Origin: Tubiluchus corallicola
Lineage: Eukaryota > Animalia > Priapulida
Assembly: GCA_030141605.1 (NCBI GenBank)
Contig: JAQGDQ010000137.1
Location: 248,001 to 312,000, forward strand
Length of the DNA stretch: 64,000 nt
Reading direction: 5' to 3'
The notes beneath the pieces were generated by a model, which saw nothing but the letters and a program-made list of their open reading frames with translations, searched no databases and was not told where the DNA came from. The translations under genes were made by a program, and so were the position numbers. Below are positions 38,104 through 54,100 of the stretch, piece after piece. Positions within the stretch are counted from its first letter, which is position 1, and every line of letters begins with the position of its first letter.

Positions 38104-39640
38104 GTACAATAATGAAGCAGTCACTGTTTAATCAACGGGCTACACAATACTGAAAAACAAACTAATACAAAAGGACAAAATATTACTAATTAGTAATTAC
38201 AAATGAAATAATTACCAGACAATTGCTGGGAAAGTGTGTTAATAAGCGTATTGTCTATATAAGCTAGACTGCAAACTTCACTGGCAATGATTAACTTCCT
38301 TGCTTGATGTATATAAATTTACTACTTCATTCATCAATTGGCTTGTGTACTTCTCGGATCTGTTGAAACTTTCATTAAAACAACATTCTGGCAGAGATGT
38401 CCACAGATACGTTGCCAAGGGAAAATGATTTGTAGGCTGTACACCTATAATCATATAAAACCTATACGAGAGGTACTATTAGAAAACCCAGGGCATCATC
38501 GTTTTTACGCCATTATAATGTCGTAATGCAGAAGTTCACATTCGTGTTTGTACTGTACTGTTTGACTTTTTTTCGTGTTTGTACTGTACCGTTTCTTTTG
38601 GGACACTCTGTATGTCAGTTGGTTGTGAACATGTGTGGTTGACCAGGACCAACCGTCTGCTGCTTGCGTATATTGTTTATGGCTATTTTGTTTATTGAAT
38701 CGTAGAACAGAATACAAAAGTGACGAAAACTGTATAGTTTCGGAACAGACTACAACAATGGAAAGAAACCACTTGTCTACACTATAAGGGTTTAAACACA
38801 TAAACACATAGAGCAAAGCAACACATATACGTATAAATAGTTTTACTCTTGACAGCTTAGACTTATTATTCTACAATTACTATTGCAGTTAATCAGTCAG
38901 GCTTGCTCTGAGTTGTATTCTCAAAGATTTTATGGACCAATCTAGCAATTATTTTTGTTACTTCTGCATCTTGTGACGAATTTAAAAACATAAACCTACA
39001 GTTGCTTATTATTACCCTACCCTGTATAAGTTACGATAAATGACCTGTAATGTATTGAAATTATTAACTCCAATAAAATCAATGCAGTAGGTAATTAATT
39101 AATGTATACTAATCGCTGAGCTAAGTTTATAGCTTTCAGTCGGAAGCGAAACGTTTTATTCTTTTAAAAATACCGTGACAGTAAATACAACCTTTGATCA
39201 TGATCAGCGAAAAGTACAAGTGTATTAAACCACATCTTAAGTGCTCTTGGCTTTATGGCGGAGCAGTTAGTGTACATATGAGTATGAGTAATCAGTCTGC
39301 AGAAATTTCCAGAGGGACCTCTCATACGTTTGAGAATGCGCATAATTTTTGGAATTGCGAAATTAACTGGAAAATAATTCAGCGTAGTTTTATTTTGCAG
39401 CCATCTTAAAGTACTCATTATTTAAGAAGCTATAAATTAACGTTTGCATCATCCAAAGGCCAACGTAAAAGACCTTAGTGTTAAGACTCAAGCGTGTCCT
39501 ACCCTGCGCTCAATAAATTAAATATACTTGCCCTGCGGTGTAAAAGTCATACATACATGACGCATATTAAAAGAAGCTGATTTTTATGTAACAAGTCTCC
39601 AAAACTCCTGCTATTTCTTTTGTTTATAATAATTAGGCTA

Positions 39641-41601
39641 ATGATGGCGCAAGCGGGTAGTAACTCAAAGCATGAGGAGGCAAATCAACCACCTCCGTAC
39701 GGGCTTCAGGAATCTAACATTGGATACCAAGGAATTCAGGGATCACCTCAAACTGAAGGAGGATATGGAAGCCAGCAATTGACGCATACAATATGTAAGT
39801 GAAAGCTAAAAAGCTAAAAATTATTAGGCCCAAGTCGTGACTGATCACATTGACACTTCGGAAATTTCTTTGTGCCTGCATAAAGTTAAATTTGTGTTTT
39901 AATAATGATGACGATTATAATGATGATTATTATGGTGACGAAGTTAGCGAAGCGTGGATAATTATGATTCACAATTCCTAATTTCTGACTTAAATTTTGT
40001 ATAACTTCCAAGTAAAATTTTTAGGATTATTATTACGACAATGAATCTATATATAGAAAGAATAGCACACTGGCCATAATACTAATACGTATTTTATAAT
40101 TTAATGCAAGTATGTCAATTTGAGATTGCGGTGGCTGACTAGGTCTTTTTACACGTTCGCAGACGGTGGATTCAACCAAAACAACACGATATTTTTCAAA
40201 CTAGTTGCTATATCTAATTTAACTAACATTTTTTTACTTGCCACAACGTCTAAACATTTTTGCGTTTTTCGCTTGCCTGTTTATAGAATTATACAAGACG
40301 TCTGTTTCGCCGTGTTACGCGTACGTACGTTTGTTGTTGCATGCATTTTCGTTGTTGCTGTTGTAATAAGTTTTTACTAGTTTTTAACTATTGTGATATC
40401 ATCATAGAGTTATTCCGTACCCTACATTGTTATGAAAAAAAACGGATTAATGACAACGGTAAATGTCATATTCACGAAAAAAAACCAGATCTAAGACGAC
40501 GGTAAATAGTGTTCTAAATCACATGTCTAAGCAGCTGGACAAAAAACTCAATAAAAGAGTGGCCGAACGTTTCGCATTCCGAACAAGTCCAACTCAAGCC
40601 ATCTATATTACTTGCAAGTTCTTTCATTTTAAATGCATGTAAGGCCTATATAATTATTTAAGCTATTATGCTTGCCATATAGCTTTTTATTTTCAGATAC
40701 AACTCAACCAGAAGTCAGTGTAACTGTCTGTCCTCCGAAGTACATGTGGCCACATCCTGTGGACATCAGATGCCCTTCCTGTGGACTGAACGTGACGACA
40801 GTGATAGCTCCTCACAACGGTGCACTAACTTGGCTCCTTTGCGGAACTTTATGTCTGTTTGGGTAAGAAGCCGTGGAGATCCTTCAGGAAGAAGTTGAGG
40901 TCTCTATTGGGAACCTATTTGCGTAATTTCCCGAAGTAAAAGTTTTTATTACACTTGGGCATGAGGCGGGATTTATTGTTACACATTTAAATTCAGATTA
41001 CAAAACACACAATACGAATTAAGAAGTCCATGTTCCTTATTCATCAACCAATTAAGGACTAAAGATATAAAATGCATACGTTATGGGTTCTGCACTGTTA
41101 TTGGTTGGCCTTTAAAATTGTTTCAGGGCAAAACAAGGTGCAGCAAGTAGCAGAGTTTCTAGTCCTTGTAAGCTCTAACAGTCACTCATGCCTAGTGAGT
41201 GTGTTACTCAGTGTTCTAATCTTAATGTGGTGTTTAGCAACTAATGCGTACAGTTAGGCTCAAACAGAAACCAAGCCATTTCATCACACTCTCAGTGAGC
41301 GTCTATGCAGGTGGCTTGTTCAGGATAAAAAACAACACGGACGTTTGTGTGTTTTATTCTCTGATTATCAATAGTAAAAAGGAAAGATTAACGGAGATGA
41401 AGCTCTACTCATTAATGCAAACTTGTTTAAACGATTATTATGGCAGTACCAATTAATCCAAGTTATATGCAACTGATGATTTTGCGTTACAGGTGTTGGC
41501 TTGGATGTCAGTTTATTCCGTTTTACTGCAATTGCTCTAGAGATATACATCACATGTGCCCCAACTGCAATGCAAGTATTGGTGACTACAAACGCATATG
41601 A
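39641..41601 (+). CDS. LITAF: LITAF/SIMPLE-family zinc-binding membrane protein, 142 aa
   Basis: Exons 39641-39794, 40697-40862, 41493-41601 (429 nt). N-terminal PPPY; LITAF domain CPSC...[25 protein letters not shown]...HMCPNC...IGDYKRI*. Exact paralogue (LITAF vs CDIP1-like) not resolved. Confidence 0.9.
40265..40588 (+). mobile_element. Helitron/Helentron-like element, copy 2 (LITAF intron 1)
   Basis: Colinear similarity to 10140-10414 with the same terminal hairpin remnant; boundaries approximate. Confidence 0.5.
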
Positions 41602-41866
41602 AGAGAAGTTAAACTAAACAGTCTTCTATACGTTCTCCAAAAACTCAAACAAAATGCTTCAACGGTATAATTCAAATTTTGTATTTAATGAATCTTAGCG
41701 ATATCGATGAGAACACGTCGTTCGGAAGCCAAGCTGTTGGAAAATTATGCATGCTCCCGTTTCAGTACCTTTAATGACATACAATGAGGCAGTTGCCCAC
41801 GTCGTGTACCATAATATTTAAAGTCAGCTTAGAGTTGCAAATTATCTCAAAAATATGACAATTCAA

Positions 41867-42229
41867 TAGAGGCGAGCATTCTCTATCACAAAGTGAATTG
41901 GAATCAAATCAAACTTTTGCCATTCGAACTCGAATCAAATCAATTAGCAAGATTTGCAATACAAATCAAATTCAATTTCAATTTTAGATTCTGGAAATTT
42001 TCATCAATAAAAAGTATCTCACAAAAAACCTATATATTGCTTGATTTTGTTCTGCTGTAAAAACACTATCTTTAAAAATTGTGCACAGAAATTATAGTTA
42101 AATTGTGCTGTTCAGACACTATGCAGTAGAAGTGGTGAATTTAATGAACCCATAGTTTTAAGTTCGAATCGAATTCGAATTAAAAAAAACTCGCTTGCAT
42201 CGAATACAAACGTTCAATGCTCATTCCTA
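41867..42229. mobile_element. hAT-type MITE with subterminal TCGAA repeats
   Basis: TIRs TAGAGGCGAGCATT / AATGCTCATTCCTA; many (A)TCGAA/TCAAA units near both ends; TSD degenerate. Confidence 0.55.
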
Positions 42230-42763
42230 TAGTTGAACTCACTTCATCACAAAAATTTTGTTTAACATGACGGTGAAGGGACAGCTGGACAATCAACTAT
42301 TGGAGAATGAACTTGTTATTTTTAGTGTTCTACATTGTCAGTAATTACAGTCATAATTGTTAGAAAGAAGCAATGAGCAAAGAATCATGGTGAAGTGTCA
42401 CAAATCAAAAGATCAAAGGTCAGTAGATTCGGGTCCACATTGTATCCATGTTTTTTGCCTAATAATAACTGGCTTGCGCAGATTAAAAGATCTCAAGGTT
42501 ATAATCAAATTGTCTGTATACAGGCTAAAAGAAAAAACGTTTTACATTTAAATATTCGACTCTTTTTGAATGGCGGAGTGTAAACAGTTAAAAATGTAGC
42601 ACACTATCCCGGACTAATGAACATACTAAAACAAATCAATTGTATATTAAGTAGTAAGCACCTAAGCAACTACGAATTTCTTATTAAAAACACATAAATA
42701 CGTATCCATGTAAATTCAATCAATCACAAAAACCAAGACAAATGTAACATTGAGCTCTAATAA

Positions 42764-42769
42764 TTTATT
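42764..42769 (-). terminator. Probable CFAP20 polyadenylation signal AATAAA
   Basis: TTTATT on plus strand, ~245 nt downstream of the CFAP20 stop, with GT/T-rich sequence further downstream on minus. Confidence 0.5.
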
Positions 42770-43013
42770 ACACAAATACATTTAATACAAAACACATTAT
42801 TACACGTATTCAAACTACACATACTAGATTTTCACTATCAACATATTACAGAGCGCAATAATACTGGACGGAGAGCAAAATCTAAATTTGCGTACAATAG
42901 CATTTATAACATCAGTCAAGCTAAAAAACTATGTAACAAAACACGGAAATTTTACCATATTATTTTACATTTCGACTAGCAACGATTACTACTGTGAATT
43001 GGAATGGCAACAG

Positions 43014-47518
<4,505 letters not shown>

Positions 47519-48199
47519 GTTAACACCAATTAGATCTGATACCACTGCAGTTTTAGAGACACAATTATTTTTACGTTGCAAAAAGTAATCATTGAGGTTA
47601 AGCGTTAAAATTGTAATCAAAATTATTAACGAAAAACATTCGTAACTAAGCCGAACAACACAAAATATCACGACACTGGGAACTATTGGAAATCAATGTG
47701 CCGAAAAGTTTTATTATTATAATTTTATTTTAAGAAATCTTTAAATTTTTAGCGGCAAAAATAATTAGAATATCAAGTTTTTTTATTTGAGGATAATCAA
47801 CCCTCTGCAAACGAAGCACTTATTTAGAACTATTTTCAGTAATTTTTTAGTTCGGGCTAGTATCGCCACCTTCTGCTAAATTTTAAAAACTTGTATCTTC
47901 GTGACGTGTGCTTAGCAGCGTAGTGGTAGATGATACCATGATACACTGTTTTAGATTTTTATGGTGTCAATACCGCTAGCTGCAAATTCCTAATCTAAGT
48001 AAACGTGTGACTGTAAATTACTACAAAATAAATAAAAATCACTGGTTTTTAGTTTGGAAACTGCCATTGTACTATGAGCATTACTGTAATATAGATAGAT
48101 TTAAAATGCCACGTTCGCTATACAATCTGACTCGGAAAAACACCTTGGTTACCATAAACAACTGCTTAGTAACCCCCGTTATTTTGTTATTGTTTTATC
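47519..48199. promoter_or_regulatory. Putative bidirectional promoter CFAP20/RGSL1-like with RFX X-box-like motifs
   Basis: 681 bp between divergent ATGs. GTTACCATAAACAAC (48148-48162) is one mismatch from GTNRCC-N(0-3)-RGYAAC; abutting CTGCTTAGTAAC (48162-48173); weaker sites GTGCTTAGCAGC (~47908) and GATACCATGATAC (~47932). Confidence 0.55.
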
Positions 48200-51100
48200 A
48201 TGGACGAGTTTCGCGAAGGTGTGTATAATTAATATAACTGATTATCAAAATACTTTCAGAAGGTGCACAAAATGTTGCTTTAATACATTTGCAGTTATGT
48301 TAGTTATGGTGTTTAAACTCACCCATATGTTTGCAAAGTCGATTGCTTTACATTTTAAAGGTATTTGTAGCCTTTTTTGAAGAATGGGATTCAATTTTTG
48401 TTCATAAAAATAATTTTCATTAAGTTTGACTAGCTTTTTTTCTCAACAAAGCACTGCAACATTATATAACTTGTGCATGATAATATTGCTGTATGATGTC
48501 TGAAAGTTGGTTTTGATATTTTGTATTTGAGTGTAGTTTTATTTCTAAATAAAAATGCTAAATCACTGAGTAAAATTCAGCGAAATGTGCTTTTAACACT
48601 CATTAAATTTTTAAATAGTAGTAATTTCTAAGGCCCTGTGGCTATATCATCTATGTATATAATGTATGATTTCCACATGTTGTTTGTCCTCTGTATATGA
48701 TGTTTGCATAGAGTTGTGCATGGCACAAATGTGTTATTCAGTTACATTACTTCGTAATTTGTACATTTCAGATGCACCAAACCTAGAAAAACTCTTACTG
48801 GACAAAAAATTCGTTGATTACTTTAATGTGTACCTTTCACTTCCTGTAAGTACTGAGTTAAGTAATAATATGTTCATATGCAGCAGTACTTAAGCTAATT
48901 GTGCAGCCATATTTAGTAGTCACTTATGTTTTCGTTTTCCTCACATACCAAAGATAAACATTTACGATGACTGTGATATGGCATGGTAAAGATGGTGAAA
49001 ATGGTGATGTTGACGACGATGATGATGATGACGACGACGATAATGATGATGGTGGTGATAGCATTTTAACTGTGTAACAACACAATTCATTCCTTCATTT
49101 TCAAAAAATGGAATCACTTAGCATCACTTGTCCCTTACTCGTAAAGTATTTTTGTTTTGCTAAAGTTGTTGGTTTTTGGCTGCTGAGTCAGAATTGCTTT
49201 TAGCTAGTCATTTAACATTTTTGCATAAAAACTGTTATGTTGATTAACAATGTGTTAAGAAAAAGTTGATGTGCTATATTAATATTGTGTCTTGATTTTT
49301 TTAGGTTTTTTTGCAGAAGGCATGTTTTTTATTTTCACAAAAAACATTTCATTTGCATCCAGATGTCGAAAATGAGAAGGTGCTACATTTTTAATCACTT
49401 TAAACAGTTCAATAGATCATCAGTATAATTGTAGAAAATTGATAAATACCGTTATTCATCCAGCGTACTGGGCATTCAAAACTTGTATGATAAATAACAC
49501 AAACTTATAGTGGAATGACCAAAACTAGTTGGACTGCAGTGAAGTAGAATTTTTTCTATGATATTTCTGTCATGCATGACAAACTTAATGTCAGTGTCAC
49601 TAAATTGCTAGTGATGTTAAATGTGACTTAATGAGTTTAACGTAACAGGAACAGCACAGTCACTTGTGTTGCTAGCTTTGGCCAATGCTAATGAATACTG
49701 TGTAACTTTAAAATAATGTGAAATTCAGGATAATGTTAGTATTATAAAAGTACAGTCTTTAAAATTAGTTCAGCATCAATGTTTAGTGTTAATGCTCGAT
49801 GAAATTAAATGGTATGAATGACTTAATATACTTCATTAATATTTTTAGGATAGAGAATTAGATAAACGAGCTAAGGTAATTAAATGGTTGCAGTGTCGAA
49901 GGTTACCACATTTCTTCGAATCTGCTTTCTACAGTGACTATGTACTCGGTAAAGCACTATATAATTGTGGTATGTACCTTGTGTTAAACCCTGTGTATAT
50001 ACTAACAAAGATTTAAAGGAGAAGAAAACCTTTTATTAACATAAAGCTAAAAGAAAACCTTTTATTAACATAAAGCTAAAAAAAATTGTTTTGAAATTCT
50101 GTACCCACTTGCGTACTGCCTTATTGCACACAAAGGTTGTATTAGCAGTAATGCTGTATAAAACTTGAAAATTTAAACCGCAATGACCGTTAGGCACAGC
50201 CATTTTAACTGTAAGTCGTTTGAAACAAGTTACATAACATTGCGCAAAGTTTGAAAAAATAATCAAAGTATTCGTAGTGCACACTTCAATAACTAAACAG
50301 AAATATAAATTACTTTATCTAGTTAATAAAATCAATATAATGTTTTTTGGTTTGTCAGTGGTACACATTGGGAAGGTGAGTTGGTGATGTAGTTGGCGTA
50401 AACATTTTAAATTACTGAGAATTTATTTTTCTAATTGCACAAGTCTTCCAAATAGGTAAGTGTATTGAATTGTAACATAACCTTGTACGGAAAAGTTTTG
50501 GACTTTAAAGTTGCTTTTTCTTCTCCTTAACTTGTGCTACAGTTTTAAAATAACTCAACTATCTATTGTCACATTGTGTACTGTAGTAGTAACAATAAGA
50601 TAACGATTCGACAATGGTCGTTTAACAAAGACTGCCTGGTGAATCAAAAAATTTGAGCATATGACTTTAAATTGATGAAGTGAAGGTCACTGACGTTCAC
50701 AACTGTGACAGTAATAGCTACAATGTTTATTTTTTTGTGCAACTATCGATGACATATTTGACCATTAAACTTCGTTAATAATGCATTGTACAATGTACGA
50801 AGTGCATAGCTGTTGTTGTAAATTACGCTTCATTAGTGTCGGTAGTGGTATATGTGTGATTTTTGTTACAGAAGGTAAACCAGCTGCTGAATTTTGTGGT
50901 TGTGTCAGTAGTCTTGCAAGCTTTAAACATTCTCTCATTGGCTCCGCAGGGGATAAATGCTTTGCTACTTGGAAAGACATAGAAAAGTTCAAAAATGGCG
51001 AACCTGATTTCAAAAGCATTCGTTCCTTGCAGAAAAAACATCTTGCTGGTAAATTATTTATTGTAGTTAGATATAACAACACTAATGGTAAAACCTACAT

Positions 51101-54100
51101 ATTTACAGTTTACTCTTAACTTAGAATTCTTAGCAGTTATAACTATCGAACTGAGGCCACATGGATAAATTTTTAATTCGCATTGTACATTCCAGGTTTT
51201 CAATTCTGCCATCATTTTGTTAGTGTTAAAATTTTGTGAATGTTGATAATAATAATAAGTTATGTTTTAATTACTTTAAAACCTTCATTGCTAGAGATTG
51301 GTAGTCTTTTTTACGTAATAATAGTATAATAATTATTAGTGACTTGTTAACATTGTAGTAACAACAATCAAACTACATTACTTATAAAGTTACTGTGTTA
51401 CTTGCAATATTTAACTAAAACAATTATGTTTGCAGAATGCTTTCGAGAGAAAAGAAATGGTATGTTAATTTCAAGTGACGATCATTTTTACCAACCTATG
51501 CCTCAAACTTTCCACTCCCAATGCTGGACCAATGTGCAATTCAATTTCCTAAATAAAATGAAAACATATTGGCTTCCTAGATTTCTTCTACAGCAAAAGA
51601 AACAAAAAGCAACACTAACAACACAGGACACATTACGGAATGACAAAATTACTTCAAATTCAGTGAGTGACAGGATTAAGGATACTGGACTCAAAGACCG
51701 AGTTCAAAATTGGCCTGGTGGTGGCGGTGATGTCCGTGATTCAGATGTGGAAAGTATGGAATCTGTTCCAGAGGATGATTTTCAAGGTACAATCTGTACA
51801 GAGTGTTCATGTGGTCACAAAAATTGCACGTTACTTTTGTGTATTGCACCTCACAAAACAAGCGATTTTGCCTGTAGGACCAGCATAGCATGCAATATAT
51901 TATTATTCGATTCTTTGACTGGAAGACCATTTAGAAGCTTTTTGGTCTCAAAAAATTTGGAAAAAGAATTAAAATTTCTAGAATTTTGGCAAGCAGCGGA
52001 ACTATGTAGGTCGGCTTTAGTTGACAGCGATAAAAGTCGTTCAGCAAAAGAAAGTTTGTGCACAATTTTGAATAACAGACACTTACAAGAGAGTTTTGAA
52101 AAGGAAGCTAAAACTTTGCTCCAAATACTACGAGCTGGGGATATTGATATTGAACACTATGCACTGGAGGTTCTTCAAGAAAAGGTTGTACAGGTAATTA
52201 ATAAGATCTTATTAAAATTATTACATTTGTTTATCTATAAACTGTAATAACATTAATACAGTCTTTGGCTACAATGCCATCTATCTCATTTTTTTCCTGT
52301 TTGCCTTAGATTCTCACCTTATTGTAATTTTGAATGTAAATCGTTGCTGCCAAATGTATTATGATAATGTGTCATTATGATTCAGTAGAATACATGGTCA
52401 ACTACATAATCTTTAACATAAGTTATTTAAAGCTCATAATATAGGGCCAGTCTAAGTGGTCTTGCTGTTAAGAGTAAGAAAGTTCTCTTCTTTCTGCACT
52501 GCACATTTAATTTTGTGAATTTTTTTAGCTAGTTTCTTCCTAATGATCGACAACAGAAGCTGACCATTTCAACAGTGCCTTACTCTGACTATTCTGTGTC
52601 ATATAACCTTTGGGTGATCTCTGATGTCGATCATTATCTAAGATCTTTTGTGTTATCTGGGCATGTTGCATTGATTTGTGTCAGACATTAATAAGTAGCG
52701 CTAGTTATTTTACGTTGATGATCCGACTACCAAGTATTGTGTTATAAAATTCTGTGGTTGTTTTCTGAGGTTATTTATTAGTCAGCAAAGTAATTTACTA
52801 CTACTACTACTGTACTGCGTCATAAACTTTTGCTTTTGTATGTGTATTTTAAGTCATTTGGTGATCTTTGGCAGTTTTGACTCTGAATGGAACATGCTTT
52901 CTCTTTGTTTCCGTACATGGTGAAACGTACCACACAAGAGTATAGGTATTGCATTTTAAGTGGGAACGACAGTTATGGCATTGACCAAAAAGAATCTGTG
53001 ACATTTTGTAAGATTTTATATTCGCTTTTTTGGGAATCAGCTAATTAATAAAACAAACCTACCCATCTCACTACTATGTTGTGCAACAACTTTTTAATTT
53101 TGCCCTTCTTGTCTATTTTGTTTTTCACTTGGTAACATTTTGCCTTTGGTTTCCATTGCGACCCGTGTCGTCATACTATGGTGACTAGTAACCATGATTA
53201 TGAGAGGTCACTAAAAGGTCATCATACAGAATTGTCAGGGTAGGGCAGAAAGTGCAGATGAGGTATTGCAATGAAGCAGTCAGCTTCTGTTCTTTAATTA
53301 TTTATGCCTTATATGTTGTGGTGCAATGTCAGTTATATCTTTCACACATGGAAGCAACTTTCTAGTATTTTCATGTGGGTGAGACATGACCATTTTTACC
53401 CTACTTTTTTCCTTTATGGTCAGTAGACATTAAACCTCAAAAAAGAGTTTTGTTCAAACTGAATCAGGTTAATCACAACGACAACGGCAACAACGTGAAC
53501 AACAATAATGTCAGATTAGTAACTTTTCAGGACATGTTCAGTCAAATGTTTTAGGACTGATTTGGCTTCCTTGTTGGCATGTTATTTTAACTGCAAGACA
53601 TGACAGTTAAATGCTGTATCATCACTACTATACTTCCTGTTAAAATGCTGGTTTCACTTTTAGAGTATGCAGCTGAAAGTTATCAACATTTTCTTAGTCA
53701 TGCAAAACGTAGTGCTCATTCTATTTAAATTTTCTATCTAATTTGGAATAAGAATAAAATTTATCCAAGATTATTTTAGAATGTGGTCGTCTTTTTCAGA
53801 AACTGAAAGAGGCATGTGAAGAATATGGACAGGAAGATTTATTGGCACTACCAGTTTTAATGAATGCTGACATCACGTCTGCTCTGCCTGATGAGCAGCC
53901 ATTTCTGCAACAACGAAAAAAACAAGCTCTCTTGCTTGCAAGATGCACATCATTAACTAGCAATAGTGGTATGTGTTAACAGAAGTGACAAGTGAAAACC
54001 TAGTGCTATAAATATGAATGCTTTGCACTGCTAAACTTTTTTATAGTTTTTTCTTACTTTGATTGTGTCATAGATCCAGTTTAATACTTAAAGAGAGTAC

